In this document: one piece after another, positions 16,831 through 25,102 of the stretch
Layout: each line of letters starts with the position of its first letter
How positions within the stretch are numbered: the first letter of the stretch is position 1
Assembly (NCBI GenBank): GCA_027315345.1
Contig: DAHUYE010000090.1
Location: 112,241-176,240 of the forward strand
From: Actinomycetota bacterium
Lineage (GTDB): Bacteria; Actinomycetota; Acidimicrobiia; Acidimicrobiales; JAJPHE01
DNA length: 64,000 bases
Direction of reading: 5' to 3'
Position numbers and translations under genes: made by a program
Notes under the pieces: model-generated
Database searches by the model: none
What the model saw: the letters and a program-made list of their open reading frames with translations, nothing else
What the model was told of the DNA's origin: nothing

Positions 16831-18378
16831 CTAGTTGATCTGGCGCTCCCGGCCCTCCCAGTAGGGGGAGCGGAGCTTGAACTTCTGCAGCTTGCCTGTG
16901 GCGGTGCGGGGCAGTGACTCCCTGACCTCGATGGAGGTGGGGCACTTGTAGTGGGCCATCCGGTCCCGGCAGAACTCGATGAGCTCAGCCTCGTCCACCG
17001 CCGCGCCCGGCCGGGCCACCACCAGGGCCTTGACCGTCTCTCCCCACTTCTCATCCGGCACCCCGATGACGGCCACCTCGGCCACGCCGGGATGCTGGTA
17101 GAGGCAGTCCTCCACCTCGATGGAGGAGACGTTCTCACCTCCGCTGATGATGACGTCCTTCTTCCGATCCGAGATCACCGTGTAGGCCCCGTCCAGATGG
17201 CCGCCGTCCCCGGTGTGGAACCACCCACCCTCCAGGGCCCGGGCGGTGTCCTCGGGCTGATTCCAGTAACCCTCGAAGACGTGGTTGGCCCGGGCCAGCA
17301 CCTCGCCTTCGGCATCGACCGACATCCGCACCCCGACGGCGGGGACCCCGGCCCGGGACAGCCGGCGGGCTCGCTCTCCCACGTCCAAGTCGTCCCACTC
17401 CTCGGGCCGGCGATTGATGGTCAGCAGGGGGGCGGTCTCGGTCAGGCCGTAGATCTGGATGAACTCCCAGCCCAGTTCGGTCTCCACCTTCTCGATCACC
17501 GCCGAGGGCGGCGGGGCTCCGGCCACCACGATCCGCACCGTCCCGGCGCCGGGGACGGAGCGGCCCTCGTTGCGGCGGGCAGCGGCGGCATCCAGCACGG
17601 CCGCCACCACCGCCGGGGCTCCGCACATGAGAGTCACCCCCTCGGACTCGATGCGGGAGAGGATCACCTCCCCGTCCACCTTGCGCAACACGACGTGACG
17701 GCCTCCCATGGCCGTCACGGCATAGGGCATCCCCCATCCGTTGCAGTGAAACATGGGCAGGGTGTGCAACAACACGTCCCGATCGGTCACGCCCGTGTGC
17801 CAGCCGAAGACGGTGGCGTTGAGCCAGCAGTTCCGGTGGGTCAACTGCACGCCCTTGGGCCGGGCCGTGGTCCCCGAGGTGTAATTGATGGAGCAGGTGG
17901 CCTCCTCGGCCGGCTCCCAGCCCCGGGGGACGGCACCGGCGGGTGCCTCGGCAAACAGTTCTGCATCCTGGCTGCCGTCCAGGACGATGCGCTCCTTGGC
18001 CGTGACCGCGGCCAGCGGCTCGTCCAGCTCCGGATCCACCAGGAGAACCCGGGCCCCGGAGTGCTCGACGATGTAGGCGACCTCGTCGGCGTTGAGGCGG
18101 AAGTTGATCGGGACCAGAACCCGCCCGTAACCGCTGACGCCGAAGAAAGAGGCCAGGAAGCGGGCCGAATTGGGGCTGACCAGGGCCACTCGCTCCCCGG
18201 CTTCGACCTCCATGCGGTCCAGGGCTATGGCCATTCCCCGGGCCCGGGCGGCCAGTTGCGAGTAGGTGAGCCGGTCCCAGCCCCCGGGGCCCCCCGGTTC
18301 GTCCACCACCGCCCGCCGGTCCCCGTAGACCAGCTCGGCTCGCTCCAGGAAGTCACCTATGCACAGCGGTACTCGCAA
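16831..18378 (-). CDS. AMP-dependent acyl-CoA synthetase/ligase (FadD-like)
   Basis: 515 aa. AMP-binding motif INYTSGTTARPKGV, YGLTET, and TGDGG...DRKKDVIISGGENV. Confidence 0.9.
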   Translation of the reverse strand: MRVPLCIGDFLERAELVYGDRRAVVDEPGGPGGWDRLTYSQLAARARGMAIALDRMEVEAGERVALVSPNSARFLASFFGVSGYGRVLVPINFRLNADEVAYIVEHSGARVLLVDPELDEPLAAVTAKERIVLDGSQDAELFAEAPAGAVPRGWEPAEEATCSINYTSGTTARPKGVQLTHRNCWLNATVFGWHTGVTDRDVLLHTLPMFHCNGWGMPYAVTAMGGRHVVLRKVDGEVILSRIESEGVTLMCGAPAVVAAVLDAAAARRNEGRSVPGAGTVRIVVAGAPPPSAVIEKVETELGWEFIQIYGLTETAPLLTINRRPEEWDDLDVGERARRLSRAGVPAVGVRMSVDAEGEVLARANHVFEGYWNQPEDTARALEGGWFHTGDGGHLDGAYTVISDRKKDVIISGGENVSSIEVEDCLYQHPGVAEVAVIGVPDEKWGETVKALVVARPGAAVDEAELIEFCRDRMAHYKCPTSIEVRESLPRTATGKLQKFKLRSPYWEGRERQIN

Positions 18379-18432
18379 AACATCCCCCTTCTGGCTCTGT
18401 TCAACTTAGGCGGCACGCGTCAGCATTGCGTC

Positions 18433-19761
18433 ATGGGGCGCCCGGCTGGGGATCGGCTGGTAATCGGCCGCGCCGATGGGGGTTGGGTGATGACCAGGCC
18501 CGAACACGCCCTCCTGGTCCTGGGACCGCCTCGCTCGGGCAAGACTCGGGGCGTGGTCGCCCCCAACGTGCTGGCCGCCACCGGCCCGGTGGTGTCCACT
18601 TCGACCAAGACCGACGTGGTCGACCTCACCCTGACCCGGCGCCGGCAGGCCGGGCGGTGCTGGCTGTACGACCCGACCGGCACGGTCACACCACCGGCCG
18701 GAGTGGAGCCGCTGCGGTGGTCGCTGGTGGAGGCGGCCGGGGAATGGGACGACGCCGTGCGGGCCACCGCCACCTTGCTGGGGACGGTCCGGGACCGGGG
18801 TGGTGACGCTCTGCACTGGGCCGAGCGGGCCGAGGCCCTGCTGGCCCCGATCCTGCACGCCGCCGCCCTGTCCCGGGAGGGCATGGCCTCGGTGGTCGAG
18901 GCGGTCAACAGACACCGGATGGAGCCGGCCCGCACCGTGTTGGAGGCGGCCGGGGCGGCCCAGGCTCTCGACCTTCTCAGCGGGGTGGCCGCCACCGAGG
19001 AGCGCGAGCAGAGCGGGATCTGGTCCACGGCGGCCGGCGCCCTGGCCGGTTACCGGACTGCAGCGGCCCTGCGGACTACGGAGGGGCCGAACTTCGACCC
19101 GGGGGACTTCGCCGCTTCCAGCGACACCGTCTACATCTGCGCCCCCGGCCAGCACCAGCGTGAGGTGGCACCCCTGGTGGCGGGCCTGGTCGACCAGATC
19201 CGGGCCGCCCGCTACTCGCTGGCGTCGGGCCCTCACCTGGTGCTGGCTCTGGACGAGGCGGCCAACATCGCCCCCCTGCCCGAACTGCCCGCCCTGGTCA
19301 GCGAAGGGGGCGGGCAGGGCGTGCTGACCCTGGCTTGCTTCCAGGATCTGTCCCAGGCCCGGGCCCGCTGGGGCCGGGCGGCCGAGGGGTTCATGACCAC
19401 GTTCGGCGCCAAACTGGTGCTGCCCGGGGTGGCCGACGGCCCGACCCTCGATGCCCTGTCCCGGCTGTGTGGCGACCAGGAGGTGACCGTCGCCTCGGCC
19501 AGCCGTAACGGCCTACGCCGGACCCGGAGCTGGTCCACCCGGCGCCAGGCCCGGCTGTCACCCGAGGAGATCAGGCGGGGCCGGCCCGGGGCGGCCCTGC
19601 TGATAGATACCGACGCCAGGGCCGGCTGGGTGAGACTGGCCCGCCCGTCCCGGGACCTGGATCGGGACCTGGATCGGGACCGGGACCGGGGTCATCGGGT
19701 CAGCCGCGCTCCCGGCCGCGACCGAGGCGTTGGCGCCGCAGCTCCGGAGCGGGCCCGCTGA
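18433..19761 (+). CDS. type IV coupling protein-like ATPase (VirD4/TraG/TraD family), no N-terminal transmembrane segment
   Basis: Walker A LGPPRSGKT, Walker B LVLALDEAANI, and CFQDLSQARARWG. Start at ATG 18433, because the upstream 494 codons of the 936-aa track ORF are antisense to the CoA ligase. Confidence 0.8.
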   Translation: MGRPAGDRLVIGRADGGWVMTRPEHALLVLGPPRSGKTRGVVAPNVLAATGPVVSTSTKTDVVDLTLTRRRQAGRCWLYDPTGTVTPPAGVEPLRWSLVEAAGEWDDAVRATATLLGTVRDRGGDALHWAERAEALLAPILHAAALSREGMASVVEAVNRHRMEPARTVLEAAGAAQALDLLSGVAATEEREQSGIWSTAAGALAGYRTAAALRTTEGPNFDPGDFAASSDTVYICAPGQHQREVAPLVAGLVDQIRAARYSLASGPHLVLALDEAANIAPLPELPALVSEGGGQGVLTLACFQDLSQARARWGRAAEGFMTTFGAKLVLPGVADGPTLDALSRLCGDQEVTVASASRNGLRRTRSWSTRRQARLSPEEIRRGRPGAALLIDTDARAGWVRLARPSRDLDRDLDRDRDRGHRVSRAPGRDRGVGAAAPERAR

Positions 19762-22060
19762 GCTCCTGCTCCAACCGGTCGAGGTGGGCCAGCGCCGCCC
19801 AGGCCCGCTCCGGGCCGACTGTGTCCATGGCGGCCCGCTCCGGGCCGACTGTGTAATAGGTGCGGCCGCCGGAAGGGCGGGTACCGGGGGGAGGCGGGCC
19901 GAGCACCAGGAGGCTGGCCGCTCCCGAACGCCAGGCCTGGTAGGGCGTGCGGGCATAGGCGTAGCGCAGGTCGAGGTCGGCGGGCAGCCCCGGGCCCAGA
20001 TTCTCCCCGCCGTCCAACTCCAGCCCCCCGGCCCGGGCGGTCATGAGGGCACCGGGGCGGAGGCCCGCCCGCCGGGCCGCCGGGCCGGCGCCGCCCACCA
20101 CCAGCCGCTCCCCGGCCCGGGCCGGCGGCCAACCGGGGACCGGGACGCTCTCCCCCAGCTCACCCTGGCGGATGAGCAGGCGTCGGGCCCGGGCGTTCAG
20201 ATCGTCGACGTCGGCCCGACTGCTGGCGACCATCACCGCCTCCGGGCCCTCCCTGCGCCAGTCGGCCACCAGCCGGTCCCGCACCGCCCCGGAGGTCGCG
20301 GCCATCACCAGCCCGGGCGCCACCCGCCCGGTCCCGATCTCGGGTTGGGTCGGCTCCAGATGGCGGGCCGGGAGGGAGCGGCTCAGCACCCGGGCGCCCA
20401 CCGCCGCCTCGGCCGAGCGCCATCCGCCCGCCCGGTCGACATCCCGGAGCGGGCCCGGGTCCCCGACCAGCACCAGCTTGGCCCCGGTCCGCTCGGTCGA
20501 CTCGGCCAGGCGGGCCAGGACCGGCGCCGGGGTCGACTCCGCTCCCAGCAGGACGAAGACGGTGTCGGGGGTGGGCCGGCGGAGACGGGCCAGGCCTTCA
20601 TCCAGCCGGGCAGTGTCGGTGATCTCGAAGCCGGCGTTCCCGGCCCGGGCCCGCCCCTCCGCCCCGGGGGCGGCCACAACCACCCGGTGACCGGCCGCCC
20701 TCCAGGCCTGATGGGCGGCGCCCAGGACAGCCTCGAGCCGGGGGCCCGACCCACCCACCAGTTCCACTCCGGCCCCGCTGCCGGTGAGCGAGGCCACCAA
20801 CCCGGCCGCGTCTTCCTCCAGTCCGCGAATGAAGGGGGACGAAGGGGCCAATCCGGCGGCGGAACCGATCCTCCGGAGGGCCACATCAGCCAGGCGCTCC
20901 TCGGCCCGGGCCGCCGCCGCCGTACGCCACCGGGCCGCCTCGGTGGGGATGGGGACGGTGACCCCCGGTCTCCTCATCACGTCTCGGCGCCGAAGGGGTG
21001 CCGCACCGGTCATCCTCTCCACCTCCGGTGACGCCAGGATCCGGTCGGCTTCGGCCTCGATCCATCCCGCCGGGGCCCCTGCCCGGGATGCTTCGCTCAG
21101 GGCTTCGATCAGCTCGGCCCGGGAGAAGCTGGACAGGCGGTCCAGACCCAGCTCGCCCGCCTCGACGGGCCGGGTCGGCATCGGGACTGGGGCACCCCCG
21201 CCCGGCCGGTCCCCGGGAGCCGGCCCGGGCCCGGGCGGCATCAGGCCCGACTCCCGGGCCCGGCGCGCCCACTCCGGGGCCATGGCCTCGGCCGAACGTT
21301 CCCTGCTCCGCTCGGGCCGGTCCACCAGGGCCGCCAACCGGGCCGAGGCCGGGCCGGCTCCGTGGTGGCGGGCCATCCCCTCCTCCACCTGGGCCCGGCG
21401 CTGGGAGAACAGGCTCCGCAGTTCCGGGGGGACGGAACTGAGTTGGCCCACCCCGTAGCGGGCCTCCTCCCACTCCAGACCCAGCCGGGCGGAGATCTGA
21501 TGACGGAGGCCGGCCTGGTAGAGATACCCGGCCGTGCGGGCCTGGGCCACCAGAACCAGGCCGCTCAGGGCCGTCCACTGATCCGTGCCCTCCGGCACGG
21601 CCAGGTTCATGACCAGAAGGTGCGAGTGAAGGTGAGGATCACCGGCTCGGCTGGTCCGGTGGGAGAACACGGCGCCCACCATGCCCTTGGAGGACAGGCC
21701 CGGCTTGGTCCGGCAGGCCCGCTCCTCCAGGTACCCGATGGTGGCGTCGAGGGCCGTCTCCCGGGCGGCCATCACCGCCTCCGCCGTGGCCGGGCTTCCC
21801 AGCGCCCAGGCCACCGACACCGACTTCGGATCGCTGACGGTCAGGTCATAGGCCCGGATCGGGCTGGGGCGGCGCAGAGCCCCGCCGGAGATCGGGTGGG
21901 CCAGTTCGAGCAGGGAGGTGAGCCGGCCGTCGACCGGTCCGGTCAGGCCCAGGGCCGCCGCGCCCGCCCCCACCCACCGGCCCGGCGTCTCCCACCCGGC
22001 CGCGGCCGGCTCCAGGTAGTAGCGCTCGGTCCCCGGCCCCAGCTTGGTGACCCGTATCAT
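19700..22060 (-). CDS. MobF (TrwC/TraA-type) conjugative relaxase with degenerate C-terminal helicase-like region
   Basis: N-terminal ERYYLE tyrosines and His-triad motif FSHRTSRAGDPHLHSHLLVMN. The C-terminal part aligns by eye to RecD-like helicase motifs but lacks GK[ST], DE and the Q of VGDxxQ. Confidence 0.85.
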   Translation of the reverse strand: MIRVTKLGPGTERYYLEPAAAGWETPGRWVGAGAAALGLTGPVDGRLTSLLELAHPISGGALRRPSPIRAYDLTVSDPKSVSVAWALGSPATAEAVMAARETALDATIGYLEERACRTKPGLSSKGMVGAVFSHRTSRAGDPHLHSHLLVMNLAVPEGTDQWTALSGLVLVAQARTAGYLYQAGLRHQISARLGLEWEEARYGVGQLSSVPPELRSLFSQRRAQVEEGMARHHGAGPASARLAALVDRPERSRERSAEAMAPEWARRARESGLMPPGPGPAPGDRPGGGAPVPMPTRPVEAGELGLDRLSSFSRAELIEALSEASRAGAPAGWIEAEADRILASPEVERMTGAAPLRRRDVMRRPGVTVPIPTEAARWRTAAAARAEERLADVALRRIGSAAGLAPSSPFIRGLEEDAAGLVASLTGSGAGVELVGGSGPRLEAVLGAAHQAWRAAGHRVVVAAPGAEGRARAGNAGFEITDTARLDEGLARLRRPTPDTVFVLLGAESTPAPVLARLAESTERTGAKLVLVGDPGPLRDVDRAGGWRSAEAAVGARVLSRSLPARHLEPTQPEIGTGRVAPGLVMAATSGAVRDRLVADWRREGPEAVMVASSRADVDDLNARARRLLIRQGELGESVPVPGWPPARAGERLVVGGAGPAARRAGLRPGALMTARAGGLELDGGENLGPGLPADLDLRYAYARTPYQAWRSGAASLLVLGPPPPGTRPSGGRTYYTVGPERAAMDTVGPERAWAALAHLDRLEQELSGPAPELRRQRLGRGRERG

Positions 22061-22129
22061 GAGTTTTAATAGTTTTTCATCTATTCCAGTGTAGATCCAG
22101 GGGTCCGCCTGGCTGTGACAGGCCCGTCG

Positions 22130-22135
22130 TACCCT
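22130..22135 (+). promoter_or_regulatory. candidate -10 box (TACCCT) for a leaderless exonuclease mRNA
   Basis: TANNNT hexamer 7 nt upstream of GTG 22143. No SD is present. Confidence 0.3.
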
Positions 22136-22142
22136 GACCCTC

Positions 22143-22766
22143 GTGACCGCCGCCTACGGGCTCGACATCGAGACGGACACGTCCCTGGGCGGCCTCGACC
22201 CCCGCACCAGCCCCATCCTGGCTGTGGCCCTGGCCTCGGATACGGGGGTCACGATCATCCGGGGGCCCGAGACCCGGATCCTCCGGGAGGTCGACTCCCT
22301 GCTGGGCCTCCTGGCCCCCGGGGTGATCGTGACCTGGAACGGCTCGGGCTTCGACCTCCCTTTCCTGGCCGACCGGGCCCGCCGCCACGGACTGCGGCTC
22401 GGACTGCGCCTGAGCATCGACCCCGGCATCGTGCGTTTCCACCCTCCCCTGCCCGGCCACGCCGGGTTCTACCGGGCTTCCTGGTACGGGCACGACCACC
22501 TCGACGCCTACCTGGCCTACCGGGCCCTGGCCACCGAGGACGAGGGTTCCCTCGCCCTCAAGGCGGTGGCCGCCCGCCGGGGTCTGTCGGCGGTGGAGGT
22601 GGACCGCAGTCGAATCCATCAGCTGTCCCCGGACGACCTGGCCAGCTACGTGGCCAGCGACGCCGGCCTGGCGCTGGCCCTGGCCCGGGCCCGCTGGGAC
22701 GAGACGGTGGCCTTCCTGGACCGCCGGCCGCCGGTCCCCGATCTAGCGGTAGCCGGCCAGCACTGA
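22143..22766 (+). CDS. DEDDy 3'-5' exonuclease, PolB-exonuclease-like (RNase H-like fold)
   Basis: ExoI GLDIETD, ExoII WNGSGFDLPFL, ExoIII YVASDAGL. 207 aa. Confidence 0.75.
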   Translation: MTAAYGLDIETDTSLGGLDPRTSPILAVALASDTGVTIIRGPETRILREVDSLLGLLAPGVIVTWNGSGFDLPFLADRARRHGLRLGLRLSIDPGIVRFHPPLPGHAGFYRASWYGHDHLDAYLAYRALATEDEGSLALKAVAARRGLSAVEVDRSRIHQLSPDDLASYVASDAGLALALARARWDETVAFLDRRPPVPDLAVAGQH

Positions 22767-23678
22767 GCGGGCCGCCCGGGCCCCGGCCCCGACCAGTTCC
22801 GGAGGCTCCAGCACCTCGGAGCCGACCCCGGCCCGGAGCAGAAGTCGGGCCAGCCAGGCCTCACCCCCCACCGGCAGCACCACCCGGAGCCGGCCGTCGG
22901 CCTGCGGGGTCACCTTGACGCTGGAGAGGGACTCGAGCAGGGCGGAAGCGCCCGCCGGAAGCAGCACGGTGGCGGTCTGGGTCTCCGGTCCGGGAGCGAC
23001 CACGCTGGCGGGCGGCCCGCCCTCGGGGCGCACGAAGGTCTCCCCGGTCGGTTCGGCCGCCTCGATGCGGTCGACCCGGAAGTGGCGCAGGGCCTCGGAG
23101 CGGTGGCACCAGGCGTCCAGATACCAGAAGCCCCCGCTGGAGAAGACGTGGTAGGGGTCGACCACCCGCTGGCTGGCCTCATCCCGGGACGCCGAGTAAT
23201 AGGTGATCCGGAGTTGGGCGGACCGGTCGGTGGCGACGCGGACCATTTCCAGCAGGGCGGGATCGTCCAAGGAGATGCTCACGCTCTCCCGCCGGCCCAG
23301 CACCGCCTCCAACTTGGCCAGGGCACTGGCCAGCACCCCGTCGGGGTCGGAGCCGGGGACGGCCAGGATGGCCCGGGCCGAGGCGGCCAGGGTGAATCCT
23401 TCGGCTGAACTCAGCCGGCGGGGCCGGGACAGCTCGGGGCCCAGATCGGCCTGGACCTCGTCATCGTCGACCATAAGTTCCATCAGCTGGTCCGGGGAGT
23501 AGGGGGGCAGGCCGCAGCAGGCGGCCAGTTCCAGTTCCGAGACCACCTCGGCTTCGGTCATACCGAACCGAGCCGCCACCTCCTCGATGCGGGCCGTGCC
23601 CGCCCCCCGGCGGCTGAGCCAGCCCAGCACGGCCAGCAATCGGCGAAGGCGCGCCTCGACGGTGAGTTGGGGGCTCAC
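22743..23678 (-). CDS. pafC: WYL-domain transcriptional regulator PafC
   Basis: 311 aa. wHTH N-terminus with IEEVAARFGMTEAEVVSELELAACCGLPPYSPDQLMEL. WYL core VVDPYHVFSSGGFWYLDAWCH...FRVDRI. GTGA overlap with pafB. Confidence 0.8.
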   Translation of the reverse strand: MSPQLTVEARLRRLLAVLGWLSRRGAGTARIEEVAARFGMTEAEVVSELELAACCGLPPYSPDQLMELMVDDDEVQADLGPELSRPRRLSSAEGFTLAASARAILAVPGSDPDGVLASALAKLEAVLGRRESVSISLDDPALLEMVRVATDRSAQLRITYYSASRDEASQRVVDPYHVFSSGGFWYLDAWCHRSEALRHFRVDRIEAAEPTGETFVRPEGGPPASVVAPGPETQTATVLLPAGASALLESLSSVKVTPQADGRLRVVLPVGGEAWLARLLLRAGVGSEVLEPPELVGAGARAARSVLAGYR

Positions 23679-24613
23679 GTGGCCATTCCCTCCAGCCAGC
23701 CGACCACGTCGTCCCGCAACGAGTCAGGAGAGACGACCACGGCGTGGTCGAGCAGTCCGAAGAGCCAGGAGCGGAAGGCGTCGACGTTGACGACGGACAG
23801 TTCCACCTCCACCCCGCCGTCCCCGTGCCTGGCCACCACCGATCCCGAGCCGAGTTCGGCCTCGACCATGCCGGCGTGAACCGGGTCAACCCTCACCCGG
23901 GCCGTCACAGCCTGGCCCTCCCCGATCAGCCAGGCGTCCTCGGGGAAGGCGGCGGCCGGATCGAAGCCGGCCGGAGGCTCGAACCCCTGGCCTTCCAGGA
24001 TGACGGGCATGGACTCGATGCGGTCGATGCGGAAGGACCGCACCGCCTGGCGATCCCGGTCCTGGCCGGCCACGTACCAGAACCCGCGCCGGAACAACAG
24101 CCCGTAGGGATCGAGGGTCCGGGTGGCGCCCCGGTGACGGAAGCTGACGGCCAGCCGGGCCCGGATGGCCTCGTGCAATACGGGCAGGGCCGGGGCCGAC
24201 GGCAGGGTGGCCAGCGGGGCGGTCTGAACGGAACGGAGGGACTCGGCCACCCCGAGCTTCCAGGCCGCTCCCTGGCCGACCTGGTCATCGATGGCCACGC
24301 CGGCCAGGGCCAGGTTCAGGGCCTGCTGTTCGGCCAGGGACAGGTCGAGGTCGGGCAGGTAGTACTCGTCCGGGTCCACCCGGTAGCCCGACACGTCACT
24401 GCCCGGCACCTCTTCCACGTACACGTTGACGCCCTGCTCCCGCAGCAGTCTCTTGTCGCGCTCAAAGGCCTGGCGGTAGGCGTCATGGCCGTCCGGATAG
24501 CCACCCACGGTGTGAACGATGTGCTCGAGGGTCAGCGGGACCTTGGCATCGAGGAGAACCAGCAGAAGGTTGGTGACCCGCTCGACGCGGTCAACCTTGA
24601 AAGCGGGCTCCAT
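23675..24613 (-). CDS. pafB: WYL-domain transcriptional regulator PafB
   Basis: 312 aa. ERVTNLLLVLLD...AFERDKRLLREQGV N-terminus. WYL core LDPYGLLFRRGFWYVAGQD...FRIDRI. Confidence 0.8.
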   Translation of the reverse strand: MEPAFKVDRVERVTNLLLVLLDAKVPLTLEHIVHTVGGYPDGHDAYRQAFERDKRLLREQGVNVYVEEVPGSDVSGYRVDPDEYYLPDLDLSLAEQQALNLALAGVAIDDQVGQGAAWKLGVAESLRSVQTAPLATLPSAPALPVLHEAIRARLAVSFRHRGATRTLDPYGLLFRRGFWYVAGQDRDRQAVRSFRIDRIESMPVILEGQGFEPPAGFDPAAAFPEDAWLIGEGQAVTARVRVDPVHAGMVEAELGSGSVVARHGDGGVEVELSVVNVDAFRSWLFGLLDHAVVVSPDSLRDDVVGWLEGMAT

Positions 24614-24621
24614 GGCCGACG

Positions 24622-24627
24622 AGAGTA
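24622..24627 (-). promoter_or_regulatory. candidate -10 box (TACTCT) for a leaderless pafB mRNA
   Basis: TANNNT hexamer 8 nt upstream of ATG 24613 on the minus strand. No SD is present. Confidence 0.3.
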
Positions 24628-24679
24628 CCGACGCCCCGGCTCGGGAGGAACCCCCGGTCCGACGTCGGCACCGGGCCGG

Positions 24680-25102
24680 TCAGACGTTGTGACGGAAGGC
24701 CAGGGGGAGATGGTTGAGCAGGAGGGTGCCCAGCACCTCCGTCCCGGCCTGGTTCACACCCACCACCGCGAAGTCCCCGCCGTGACCGCCCAGCGGTTTG
24801 GACACGTCGCCCGGGACGAAGGTCCCCTTGTAGGCCACCATGCACAGCTTGGTGTCACCCAGAGCGGCCGCGGCTGGGACCCGCCGGCGCAACCGGCTGG
24901 CCACCACCAGGCGGACCCCGAGGAGACTGCCCCGGTCGTGAACAGCCGCCGCCGCCGCCGGCAGGGCGTGGAAGCACAGGCTCGACGTCGTGCCCAGAGA
25001 GGCGCCCCGGGCCGAGCAGCCGACCAGGGACAACGGCAGGGCCAGAGCCAGGACGCCAGCGGCGGTTCGGCGGCGGGGGGATTTGGCCGGCCCCCGGGTC
25101 AT
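24680..25102 (-). CDS. lipoprotein, function unknown (140 aa)
   Basis: Start trimmed to ATG 25102. MTRGPAKSPRRRTAAGVLALALPLSLVGC carries a lipobox. ATGA overlap with the upstream membrane protein gene. Confidence 0.6.
   Translation of the reverse strand: MTRGPAKSPRRRTAAGVLALALPLSLVGCSARGASLGTTSSLCFHALPAAAAAVHDRGSLLGVRLVVASRLRRRVPAAAALGDTKLCMVAYKGTFVPGDVSKPLGGHGGDFAVVGVNQAGTEVLGTLLLNHLPLAFRHNV

Larger units (their letters stand above)
18433..22142. mobile_element. relic or domesticated mobilisation module (relaxase plus coupling protein plus AT-rich upstream region)
   Basis: This is the only conjugation-type gene pair in the window. No integrase, T4SS, FtsK/TraB, replication genes or flanking direct repeats were found. 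GC is indistinguishable from the flanks. Confidence 0.45.

Noticed and set aside
18379-18432. Search for att-like direct repeats or inverted repeats bounding the relaxase/coupling-protein pair (18379-18432 versus 22061-22142)
   Set aside because: I could find no shared sequence of meaningful length by eye, so no element boundaries can be claimed.
16951-19761. 936-aa ORF read as one giant coupling protein, and likewise the 494-aa ORF 3394..4878 read as a long RNase HII
   Set aside because: The N-terminal portions are antisense shadows of the acyl-CoA ligase and CoA-transferase genes. Family similarity begins only near the internal starts I used (18433 and 4092).
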